IMG/VR virus record: IMGVR_UViG_3300032226_000620
Span: 1 to 54,584 of that record
Length of the DNA: 54,584 nt
Reading direction: 5' to 3' (one strand)
Source: a virus
Taxonomy: Duplodnaviria > Caudoviricetes
Within the stretch, counting starts at the first letter, position 1. Each line of letters begins with the position of its first letter. Shown here piece after piece: positions 46,200-54,155 of the stretch. The translations under genes were made by a program, and so were the position numbers. Below the pieces are notes generated by a model, which was not told the origin of the DNA, ran no database searches, and saw only the letters and a list, made by a program, of their open reading frames with translations.

Positions 46200-46216
46200 T
46201 GTCGCCTTTTTGTAAT

Positions 46217-46293
46217 TGGTCGGAGTACAAGGATTCGAACCTTGGACCCCCTGGTCCCAAACCAGGTGCGCTACCAGACTGCGCCACACTCCG
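46217..46293 (-). tRNA. tRNA-Pro(TGG)
   Basis: CCTGG-TTTGGGA-CCAGG anticodon arm, CCA. Confidence 0.95.
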
Positions 46294-46296
46294 AAT

Positions 46297-46370
46297 TGGT
46301 TGCGGGACCAGGAATCGAACCTGGGACTCGAGCTTATGAGACTCGTGTTTTACCGCTTCACTATCCCGCG
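46297..46370 (-). tRNA. tRNA-Met(CAT), initiator-like
   Basis: CAT anticodon, C1:A72 mismatch, CGCGGG acceptor. Confidence 0.85.
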
Positions 46371-46374
46371 ATAA

Positions 46375-46586
46375 TTAGTGCCTAGCTACCTACACCACAT
46401 AGGCCCTAGACTGAGCTGTTACTCTGTCCATAACATTTGTTCTTTTGGGAAAGGCGTTAGACCAAACCCTAGGCAGTTTCCAGTATCCCTTAAAGAGGGA
46501 CTGTGAGGTCAGGTCCTAGTGTACCCCCTGTTCTATCGTTTCAGGGACGGATTGTTTACTGACGGAAACAATCAAACCGGGGTCTG
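46375..46586 (-). ncRNA. unidentified multi-stem structured RNA candidate (~210 nt)
   Basis: No ORF; stems CAGACCC/GGGTTTG, GATTGTTT/AAACAATC, CCCTG/CAGGG, CTAGG/CCTAG, CAGT-CCCT/AGGG-ACTG, CCTAT/GTAGG. Confidence 0.55.
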
Positions 46587-47162
46587 TTAGACTAAACCTT
46601 CTTCTTGCAAAGTTTTGACAACATCTTCACTGAGTGGAATCTCAGTTTTGATATTCAGCTCAAGGATTTCGTCGTTGAGCTTTTGCTTTTGCTTCTTGAG
46701 ATTTTTAATCTCAGCTTTGACCTGATCGATCTGCTCTTGGCTGACTACAGTTGTTGAAACTGTGTCGCCGTAGCCGTAGATCGAACGACGAGCGCCTTCG
46801 CCCTTATCGTTGCGAATCTTCTCTAACTTGCCGTTGATCACAGCAATGTCTGTTACCGCCGTCAGCTTAGACAACTCTTCCAATTGACCGATACGCTTGT
46901 CAATGAAGGCAGCAGTGGCCAACTTCATGTCAACACCACTTTGGGCATTGGCTGTACCGACCAAACCACGGATGTTATACAGAGCCAACAACAGACGCTG
47001 ACGCCGACTGTCATTGGCAAACAGTGTTTCGTTAGCCTTGACCAACGCTGTCTGCACATCCTGGAACTCATTGAGTTCTAGTGTTGCTTCGATTTTGATG
47101 CTCTTGATAGCATCGTTGATGCCGGCTTGCACGGCATTGGCTTTACGCAATGTCAAATTCAT
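46587..47162 (-). CDS. coiled-coil protein, DIP1984/DUF6847-like
   Basis: Helical throughout; C-terminal IKNLKKQKQKLNDEILELNIKTEI resembles the DIP1984-family ending (from recall). Confidence 0.5.
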   Translation of the reverse strand: MNLTLRKANAVQAGINDAIKSIKIEATLELNEFQDVQTALVKANETLFANDSRRQRLLLALYNIRGLVGTANAQSGVDMKLATAAFIDKRIGQLEELSKLTAVTDIAVINGKLEKIRNDKGEGARRSIYGYGDTVSTTVVSQEQIDQVKAEIKNLKKQKQKLNDEILELNIKTEIPLSEDVVKTLQEEGLV

Positions 47163-47388
47163 CTCTGTGTCCTTTTTTCTTTGTTTTAACTGTTTTCAAA
47201 AAATCTAATCGGGTATACTTACCCTGTTCTATCTCATTCAACGCGGTTACAATAAACCCGTTCTTACCTTCAACCATGGGCATGTGACCTTTTCGCAGTT
47301 CGCGGGCTCGTTGGCTAGCAGCCAGTACCATTTCAAATCTATCGCCGTATGCGGCCACTGCGTCTTCTGATGAAAGTTGCTTGTTCAT
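47143..47388 (-). CDS. rpoZ: RNA polymerase omega subunit
   Basis: SSEDAV...DRFEMVLAASQRAREL..G..P.V......VTALNEIEQG. Confidence 0.85.
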   Translation of the reverse strand: MNKQLSSEDAVAAYGDRFEMVLAASQRARELRKGHMPMVEGKNGFIVTALNEIEQGKYTRLDFLKTVKTKKKGHRDEFDIA

Positions 47389-47410
47389 ATTTTTCCTAAA
47401 TTAAAAATGA

Positions 47411-47649
47411 CGGGTCAATGAAAGGTCAAGTAAAAGACCGGACAATATGCAAACAGAAGAGTTGTAATCTTCCTTCGACAATGTGCAAAATTCAATACAC
47501 AGAGGTCCATATATCTCCGATTAACAAATGACATTTTATTAGGGATCGGATCACATAAACACGGCCATTGTTCAGATGGTTGTAATTTTTGGAGTAAGCA
47601 TGAAGCTCACGCCTTTGTGTCTTTTCTCATCTACCTTTCATATCACCGG
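47411..47649 (-). ncRNA. unidentified structured RNA candidate (~240 nt) leading the rpoZ operon
   Basis: Closing helices ATGAAAGGT/ACCTTTCAT and AAAAGAC/GTCTTTT; internal hairpins; repeated TTTGCAYATTGTC and ATTACAAC motifs; own sigma70 promoter. Confidence 0.6.
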
Positions 47650-47676
47650 TTAAGTTATTTCTAACCTAACAAACTT

Positions 47677-47705
47677 ATTATAGCAGAAAGAGCCTGCTAT
47701 GTCAA
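47677..47705 (-). promoter_or_regulatory. sigma70-type promoter
   Basis: TTGACA-17nt-TATAAT with extended -10. Confidence 0.85.
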
Positions 47706-48391
47706 CTGTTATTAACATTAAATGTTATCTCTTTGATAATTAATTTTGCCAATTCAGTATGTGCGTCTATTCCGTGATGATAATTTTTAGTGGTTGTAAA
47801 ATTATTGTGATGGGCCCACGAATGATAATTTGTAGCACCGCCAAAATTAATAATATTGTTCATTTTGGGTATCTCTTCATCGAACAGTGGTATATGTAAA
47901 TATTTTTTTGTATATAATCTACATATGCTATCTACACAAAACATCATTGATTTAAGATTGTTATAGGGATACAGTATTTGCAGATAATGTTTATTTGCTG
48001 GCATATCAAAACGATCACCCCATTGCACTCCTATCTGTAAAAAATTATCCATATCACAGCCAAATCCACCTTTGGGGTAATATATCTCGTTTCTATCTGT
48101 ACTTGTGTATCCAAATAATGCCAGACTATCCGGATGATCTATCACTGCCTGAGTTAGCAATCGTAGGCTTCGATTATTACTACCCCCACTCATGGCATAG
48201 TTATAACAAGGCACATCAAAATGATCTGCTACTATCTGAGGGAATGCCAATAATTTTCCAGGAAGGTCTAACTCGTCAACTGTGGCTTTTCCTGTTCTGT
48301 ATTCCTCAGTCATTTCTTCAACGCCTCTAGCCAATTCTAATCCCGCTACATTGCTGTCGCCAAATGCTAAAACAGATTTAAAATTTATCAT
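47702..48391 (-). CDS. SGNH/GDSL-like protein
   Basis: AFGDSNVAG, NYAMSGGSN, C-terminal HHG..AH. Confidence 0.65.
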   Translation of the reverse strand: MINFKSVLAFGDSNVAGLELARGVEEMTEEYRTGKATVDELDLPGKLLAFPQIVADHFDVPCYNYAMSGGSNNRSLRLLTQAVIDHPDSLALFGYTSTDRNEIYYPKGGFGCDMDNFLQIGVQWGDRFDMPANKHYLQILYPYNNLKSMMFCVDSICRLYTKKYLHIPLFDEEIPKMNNIINFGGATNYHSWAHHNNFTTTKNYHHGIDAHTELAKLIIKEITFNVNNS

Positions 48392-48402
48392 TATGTAAAA
48401 AC

Positions 48403-49905
48403 TTATTTTAGTTTTTTTAAACTATACGATTTTATAAAGCTGTCAAATATTCCTGGATAGGGATAACTTTCTTTTTTTGTTAAATTAAGTATCTTCGATA
48501 GATCCGCAATTTTTTTTCTCGAGCTCATTTCAGGCCAAGCTAAACACCACGAATCAATAGTAAAATCTTGAACCATTGATTCGTGAACGCTAGTAGTTAT
48601 ATCCTTAGCTTGAAAGAAATTCATAGTATCATGTTCCCAGATAGTCTCGGCCTTTGACCATCCTCCTGATCGCCAATTGAAAAACTCTTGGTCGCTAAAA
48701 TGCCGTTCAATTTCCGCTACCCCCATAGAACGCAGCCCGTACTTTTGTAGGTTTTTACTAAACTTACTAGCGTTGGTATGATTATGTTCGTCGTTAACTG
48801 ATAAATCTTCAACAACTAAGGGAAATACAACTAGGCCTTCAGAAATCCAATTTTCTTTTAACCAGCGCATATTGCTATCCCAATCTGCATGTGTATCAAA
48901 TGGCAATCCCACAATAAGACTTACTGTTCCTTTATAAACCAAACCTCGGTTCTTAAAATAATCTTTAGATTTAAGAATTAAACTTTTAACTTTTTCCGGA
49001 TCGAGCCCCTTACCAATCATTTTGCCGCTTTGATGATTAAAAGTTTCAATGCCGTAATATTGACCACCAAAATTCATTCTAGCAAGTTCTTCTATCATGT
49101 TCGATTGAGATAACAAGTCTGCCCTAATAAATCCGCTAAAGAACGGATTAAAATTCAAACGTTCTACGACATTAGCAAATTTGGAAATTTTTTCAACTCG
49201 ATCATTAAAAGTTTCGTCTGCAACATAATACCTATCAATACCAAACTTGTCGTAATTGTAACGCATTTCGTATTCAAAACTTTCTGCAGATCTAGAGGTG
49301 TCTTCTTTCACACCCAGAACAGGAAAATTGCAAAACGAACAAGAGAACTTACAGCCTCTCGAAAACTCTACAGTTAGCCATTCCCAAGGTTCTAGGAAAT
49401 CTCTATCCTCCATTATAACAGAATAGTCTCCTATATTATAGGACGGATATGACTGTAGAGCTTTAATCACTTTTCTTTCCCCAAAATGCTCAGGAGAAAA
49501 TATAATACCGCTAGTTGCACTACCTGCTAATTTTTTTGCCACAGCAAGTATAGCTTCTTCGCCGTAGCTGTCAACCCAGATATCAATGTCATTGAGATCG
49601 GCCTGTAGCACATTCTGTCCGCCCGCAACTGTTTTAATGTGTGGATATGTTAACTTTAACCATGCGGTAAAATCTCGCATGTTTTGATTCCAAAAAGAAA
49701 AGAAAATACTAAATCCAAAAAACAATGTTTTAGATGTAACATTCTTTCTTGTAAATTCTTTGAGAAGTTCTAATTCCCAGAACGGGGCAAAGTCAATTAC
49801 TTCAACATCCATGTCGTGTTTTCGTAGGTATGTGGCTATCCTATGAGCACCGCTATTTCGTTCCCAGGGATAACTTCTTGACGAAAATATTAAGGCATGG
49901 TTCAA
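48403..49905 (-). CDS. B12-binding-domain radical SAM protein (class B methyltransferase-like)
   Basis: N-terminal GAHRIATYLR..DVEVID...TVAGG domain, then EFSRGCKFSCSFC, DETFN, GIET, LIVGLP. Confidence 0.85.
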   Translation of the reverse strand: MNHALIFSSRSYPWERNSGAHRIATYLRKHDMDVEVIDFAPFWELELLKEFTRKNVTSKTLFFGFSIFFSFWNQNMRDFTAWLKLTYPHIKTVAGGQNVLQADLNDIDIWVDSYGEEAILAVAKKLAGSATSGIIFSPEHFGERKVIKALQSYPSYNIGDYSVIMEDRDFLEPWEWLTVEFSRGCKFSCSFCNFPVLGVKEDTSRSAESFEYEMRYNYDKFGIDRYYVADETFNDRVEKISKFANVVERLNFNPFFSGFIRADLLSQSNMIEELARMNFGGQYYGIETFNHQSGKMIGKGLDPEKVKSLILKSKDYFKNRGLVYKGTVSLIVGLPFDTHADWDSNMRWLKENWISEGLVVFPLVVEDLSVNDEHNHTNASKFSKNLQKYGLRSMGVAEIERHFSDQEFFNWRSGGWSKAETIWEHDTMNFFQAKDITTSVHESMVQDFTIDSWCLAWPEMSSRKKIADLSKILNLTKKESYPYPGIFDSFIKSYSLKKLK

Positions 49906-50507
49906 CTATATGTCCCCCAAAGAGCAATCCTTAACGATTCTTGATTTGTTACACCGTGTATTTTATTGAAATTTAACCAATGCCACATGTCTTCTTCTAA
50001 ACAATGGTCTTCGATTTGATCTAATTTTGAGTACGGAATTGCGCTGTAGTTTTCTAGTGCAAGATGTTGGTAATCCGGTTTTACTTCATACCATGTGGTT
50101 CTTACATCTGTGCCGCCTGCCTTTAGTAGATATAACATTCCGTCAATTCTAGCCTTGGGGTCATCAATATGAGGTGCTACAAAGTTTCCACCCGTAACTA
50201 TCTGTAGGTAATAATAATTAAAAGTAATGTCGGGATGATTAATTGTTTTATAAAAATTACAGATACTATCAATAAGTTCTTGTGGAATAGGATAAAATCC
50301 TACTCCTCCAGTTTCGTGTCCGTTTGATTCTTGAAAACGTTTATCAAATTCTACAAATGATATACTGTTTGTATCTACAGTTTGATAACCGGAATACCAT
50401 GCAGACATAGGTACATTGTTTTTTTGATTTTGTTCTGCTATTTGAATTAGTTGTTGTTTTATATCGTTTGGTAACGATGGTATTCCTGTGTGTTTTTTAT
50501 AGTACAT
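49902..50507 (-). CDS. putative Fe(II)/2OG cupin oxygenase
   Basis: VAPHID...YLLKAGG...IHGVTN...RIAL. Confidence 0.65.
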   Translation of the reverse strand: MYYKKHTGIPSLPNDIKQQLIQIAEQNQKNNVPMSAWYSGYQTVDTNSISFVEFDKRFQESNGHETGGVGFYPIPQELIDSICNFYKTINHPDITFNYYYLQIVTGGNFVAPHIDDPKARIDGMLYLLKAGGTDVRTTWYEVKPDYQHLALENYSAIPYSKLDQIEDHCLEEDMWHWLNFNKIHGVTNQESLRIALWGTYS

Positions 50508-50512
50508 AAAAT

Positions 50513-51064
50513 TTACCAGTCAAGGTCAGTGACTGCCCATCTAGACCAGATATTATATTTTCCATTGTAATCTCTGCGGCAGTAATAGATGTAGTACTCG
50601 TCTATTGCCATGTCACCTTTTTGATCCCCAACAGATCCGATTGCCTTAATGGGTTTAAGTGTGGGTTTTAGATTTAATCTTCCCCGTAACTTTAATCTAT
50701 GTTGATGATCTAATGTAACAGCATACTCTTGATCCTCAGACGACTTTGTTGAGATTATTAGTCTTTCTAGACCTGGTTGCCATTCTTCAGTCCAAATCTC
50801 AAATGAACTTTGATTTTTGTTGTTAGTGATTAAACTGATATTATTTGTAGAGATAAACTTAGAGCTTAAGGTACTAGACAACGCATCCCAACATAGCTCG
50901 TTTCCTGCCGATTCTAGTGCTCCCTGATTGTTAGCATAGACAGCTAGTGTGCCGGGTATGCCCGGCCCAACTAGATTGGTGTTGGCAATATAGATTGTAC
51001 CATCAACTTCGGATACGCTTATATTACCAAGTGCTACAATTTTACTTGGGATACCATCAGTCAT
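50513..51064 (-). CDS. hypothetical protein, possibly structural
   Basis: Beta-rich; C-terminal GSVGDQKGDMAIDEYYIYYC...WSRW fibre-tip-like motif. Confidence 0.55.
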   Translation of the reverse strand: MTDGIPSKIVALGNISVSEVDGTIYIANTNLVGPGIPGTLAVYANNQGALESAGNELCWDALSSTLSSKFISTNNISLITNNKNQSSFEIWTEEWQPGLERLIISTKSSEDQEYAVTLDHQHRLKLRGRLNLKPTLKPIKAIGSVGDQKGDMAIDEYYIYYCRRDYNGKYNIWSRWAVTDLDW

Positions 51065-51070
51065 TTAAAT

Positions 51071-51202
51071 TTATTTTTGAGAATCGTACCAAATCATCCA
51101 TTCTGTAAGTTTTATCACTACCTCACGGGCATCGCCGCCTTCTTCTAGCGTTTCTAATCCTTGACGGACCAGCGATATTAATTCTAAAATCTTTTCATCC
51201 AT
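51071..51202 (-). CDS. hypothetical protein (43 aa)
   Basis: Hand translation MDEKILELISLVRQGLETLEEGGDAREVVIKLTEWMIWYDSQK*; AAGGAG RBS. Confidence 0.6.
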   Translation of the reverse strand: MDEKILELISLVRQGLETLEEGGDAREVVIKLTEWMIWYDSQK

Positions 51203-52148
51203 TTGATTTCTCCTTGGCACACATTGCGTGTAACGCATTATTTATTAGCATTCCTATCTTGTAACTAGACTGCTGATGCAAATGAAAAGGTGCTAGACCA
51301 TGTGGATGATTTAGATCAATAAAAAAAGGTTCTTGTAAAGCAATTACAGGTACCTGTTCTCCAAAATATCTCATAAATCCCTTGACAATTAGATCTGCCT
51401 GTCTTTCTGCATAGCTATGATCGCCGTCATGCAATTTTATTCTAGAAGTTTTATAAAATGGCAAATAGGTGTCCAAGGATGTTGTCAACTTGCTGACCCT
51501 ACCAATGTTGCTTTCGTATCCCAGACTGGTCAAATGAGTCTTGACTATGATAACCCTAGTTCCAAAAATGCTTTTTATATCTTTGGCAAATTCTTTTAAA
51601 AGCTCAAAAGTTTCATGTAAAGAGTATGGCTCGTCAAATGCCGTTTGATACTTGGCGTTAGATATGTATTCCGAGAATAACCAGTGTAAGGGATCACTGG
51701 GATCCGCTAGAGGTGTTAACTGCGGTAAAATAGTAAACCGTTCCTTACCTTGACTAATCTTGGTATAAAATTCTGTGCTGAAGCTTAACAACAAGATATC
51801 TTGATTGGTAGCATTTTTTCTAAAGAACTCCAAATAAGGAAACTTACAGATCTCTTTGTGTGCAGCATAGTGATGTGGTTTAAGTTTATCCTTAGATGTT
51901 GATAAAGTATCGTAAACTCTTTCGGCTATAATGCCTGCTGGCTGATACAACGAAATTAAACTGGTAACTAGAGATGCTGTTTTTGGTGCCTGATCAAAGT
52001 CCAAATGTTTGTTTAAATGAGGGCCAACATTCAATATGTCAATACTAAAATTCTGTCTAATGATATCTATGGTAGCACACTCATACAGATCGCAGCCACC
52101 CCATAAAAATACTCTTGGTTTATCAACTTTTTCTAATATTAAAGGCAT
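51195..52148 (-). CDS. hypothetical protein (possible SGNH-like)
   Basis: 317-aa ORF; VFLWGGCDL N-terminus and H.HGLAPFH C-terminus. Confidence 0.65.
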   Translation of the reverse strand: MPLILEKVDKPRVFLWGGCDLYECATIDIIRQNFSIDILNVGPHLNKHLDFDQAPKTASLVTSLISLYQPAGIIAERVYDTLSTSKDKLKPHHYAAHKEICKFPYLEFFRKNATNQDILLLSFSTEFYTKISQGKERFTILPQLTPLADPSDPLHWLFSEYISNAKYQTAFDEPYSLHETFELLKEFAKDIKSIFGTRVIIVKTHLTSLGYESNIGRVSKLTTSLDTYLPFYKTSRIKLHDGDHSYAERQADLIVKGFMRYFGEQVPVIALQEPFFIDLNHPHGLAPFHLHQQSSYKIGMLINNALHAMCAKEKSNG

Positions 52149-52180
52149 ATGCTATGTAGTTGAATTATAGTAAATAATCA

Positions 52181-53056
52181 ATGAAATTGAAAATTAACTT
52201 TTCTGAAAATCAATATATCTTAGTAGCATTATTCGACAACAACGCTGTAAAAAAATGGTTTAGGCGTTTTTCCAATTGTGAGTATACCATGGGAATAGAG
52301 TCAATGCCTGCCCTTAACAACACATATGTCAACGCAGACTCACAATGGAATAAGATACTAAAGACTTTTTCAATCTTAAATGACCTGGGATATTATCCCA
52401 ACATCGAAGTGCCTGCGTCTTTCGATCGCAGTCAACAAACTTTAAATTCTTTACATAGATTTTTTACCTACAATGCAACTTGGGGTAGGACAGATTCAAA
52501 CATTCAGAATATATACGATGAAAAATTTCAACTACCCAAGCATATCAATTTTGAAGAATGGTGGGATTTAATTGATGAAATAAACAATTCTGTACATCGT
52601 TTAGAACAAATCATTCCTTGTCAAAATTTTGTTGAACAGGTTAGCACATTTAAATTTGTGCCAAACAATAAAATAACCTTGAGTTGGTTACAATTCACAG
52701 AAGACGAGCTCAAACATAATTATGAGTATCTTGAAAAAAAATCGCAGTTTGAACATCTGGTATTACTAGATAGATCAATTTTGGGTAAATGTGTGCTTCA
52801 ATCTTTTGTAGACGATGACGATCCTACTGCTGATGACTGCACAGGAAGATTGGGATCACATGGTGGGTTTGTAGTTGAATTTGACAATTCAAGAAAAACA
52901 GTTTATCAAAGTGATCAATTTCAGCAATGGATTTCTAAATATAGATTGTCTGCTGAAAACTTACCGTATGATTTTCCTATAGGTTATATAGAAAAAAAAT
53001 CATTTGTTCTTCATCCATCGGGATACTTATTTCAAAGTATAGATTTTATACCTTAG
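52181..53056 (+). CDS. hypothetical protein
   Basis: 291-aa ORF; GTAAATA motif 4 nt before the ATG; LNSLH..F and INNSVHRLE motifs. Confidence 0.7.
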   Translation: MKLKINFSENQYILVALFDNNAVKKWFRRFSNCEYTMGIESMPALNNTYVNADSQWNKILKTFSILNDLGYYPNIEVPASFDRSQQTLNSLHRFFTYNATWGRTDSNIQNIYDEKFQLPKHINFEEWWDLIDEINNSVHRLEQIIPCQNFVEQVSTFKFVPNNKITLSWLQFTEDELKHNYEYLEKKSQFEHLVLLDRSILGKCVLQSFVDDDDPTADDCTGRLGSHGGFVVEFDNSRKTVYQSDQFQQWISKYRLSAENLPYDFPIGYIEKKSFVLHPSGYLFQSIDFIP

Positions 53057-53071
53057 ATCTGTAAAAATAGT

Positions 53072-53146
53072 TGGTGCCGGTTGTCGGGATTGAACTGACG
53101 ACCTACCGCTTACAAGGCGGTTGCTCTACCACTGAGCTAAACCGGC
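53072..53146 (-). tRNA. tRNA-Thr(TGT)
   Basis: ACCGC-CTTGTAA-GCGGT, CCA. Confidence 0.95.
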
Positions 53147-53155
53147 ATACTACTT

Positions 53156-53231
53156 TGGTGGAGGATAACGGGATCGAACCGTTGACCTATAGCTTGCAAA
53201 GCTACCGCTCTCCCAGCTGAGCTAATCCCCC
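53156..53231 (-). tRNA. tRNA-Ala(TGC)
   Basis: GTAGC-TTTGCAA-GCTAT, G3:U70, CCA. Confidence 0.95.
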
Positions 53232-53238
53232 GTGTGTC

Positions 53239-53418
53239 TTACTTATCGCCGCCGGCGCCCGTTGGACGCTTTTCTCTCTTAGGCTGAACGGCCGCTGCCA
53301 ATTCTGCCTGGATCATCATGTTCTTGAATTGATTACGCTGATCTGCTGTTGCGCCTTTCATTAGGGCAACCATACGCTTTGTAGTCTTACTTAATTTAAA
53401 TGTCTTACCTGGTTTCAT
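53239..53418 (-). CDS. small basic hypothetical protein (59 aa)
   Basis: Hand translation MKPGKTFKLSKTTKRMVALMKGATADQRNQFKNMMIQAELAAAVQPKREKRPTGAGGDK*; AAAGGT RBS. Confidence 0.65.
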   Translation of the reverse strand: MKPGKTFKLSKTTKRMVALMKGATADQRNQFKNMMIQAELAAAVQPKREKRPTGAGGDK

Positions 53419-53438
53419 AATTTACCTTTTAGTTAATT

Positions 53439-53528
53439 TGGCCGAGAGTCAGGGAGTCGAACCCTGTGACCCGTTTTACTTGATCTACGGTTTAGCAAAC
53501 CGCTGCATTACCATCCTGCCCACTCTCG
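53439..53528 (-). tRNA. tRNA-Ser(GCT)
   Basis: GCGGT-TTGCTAA-ACCGT, long variable arm, G73, CCA. Confidence 0.9.
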
Positions 53529-53538
53529 AAATCTTCAT

Positions 53539-53629
53539 TGGTACCCCCGGCGGGAGTCGAACCCACATTGACCAATTATCTGTTGCTACGGGATATAAAT
53601 CCGCTGTTTTACCGTTAAACTACAGGGGT
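53539..53629 (-). tRNA. tRNA with UAU anticodon (Ile2-like) and an atypical long variable region
   Basis: ACCCCTG/CGGGGGT acceptor, GCGGA-TTTATAT-CCCGT arm, about 20-nt variable region, GTGGG-TTCGACT-CCCGC T-arm, ACCA. Confidence 0.7.
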
Positions 53630-53637
53630 TCTGTATG

Positions 53638-53713
53638 TGGTGGGTCGTGACAGTCTCGAACTGCCGACATTCTGCGTGTAAGGCAGACGCTCTACCAACT
53701 GAGCTAACGACCC
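53638..53713 (-). tRNA. tRNA-Val(TAC)
   Basis: TCTGC-CTTACAC-GCAGA, CCA. Confidence 0.95.
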
Positions 53714-53718
53714 AAATT

Positions 53719-53885
53719 ACCATTAATTGAAAGCACTATAGCCCTACGGGACTTAGCAGATTTCGGAGTGGGATGCTTTCCCTCCTAAGCCATTGCCACA
53801 GTTTTGTCAGAGGAGCAAGATGGCCCTATTCCTCATGAGTCTAAGCGTCCCTAGACGATACCTGTCAATGCCTTCAATTAATGGT
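53719..53885 (-). ncRNA. long irregular hairpin RNA (~165 nt), 6S-RNA-like architecture
   Basis: 20-bp closing helix ACCATTAATTGAAGGCATTG/TAGTGCTTTCAATTAATGGT with G-U pairs on the minus strand; inner helices GGGAC/GTCCC, CTTAG/CTAAG, GCCAT..TTGC/GCAATGGC. Confidence 0.55.
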
Positions 53886-53965
53886 GCGCAAGGAGAGACT
53901 CGAACTCTCAATCCTTTCGGCAGTGGCTTCTAAGACCACCGTGTATACCATTCCACCACTTGCGC
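53882..53965 (-). tRNA. tRNA-Leu(TAG)
   Basis: GTGGT-CTTAGAA-GCCAC, variable arm, CCA. Confidence 0.95.
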
Positions 53966-54019
53966 AAAATTGTCAACTTAAATTTTTAAATAACATCACT
54001 AATTGTTTAGTGTGTAACT

Positions 54020-54048
54020 ATTATATAGTCATTGCTTGTTTCTGTCAA
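54020..54048 (-). promoter_or_regulatory. sigma70-type promoter within the tRNA array
   Basis: TTGACA-17nt-TATAAT. Confidence 0.8.
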
Positions 54049-54067
54049 CATCTTTTTAAAAATAATT

Positions 54068-54151
54068 TGGTACGACTGGAGAGACTCGAACCCTCAATCC
54101 CGAAGGCGGCAGATTTTAAGTCTGCTGTGTATACCATTCCACCACAGTCGC
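54068..54151 (-). tRNA. tRNA-Leu(TAA)
   Basis: GCAGA-CTTAAAA-TCTGC, variable arm, CCA. Confidence 0.95.
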
Positions 54152-54155
54152 ATTT

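Noticed and set aside
46470-46520. Hammerhead-like core CUGACCUCA-[stem]-GAAAC in the 46.4-46.6 kb RNA
   Set aside because: The core deviates from CUGANGA and I could not build stems I and III with a cleavage triplet
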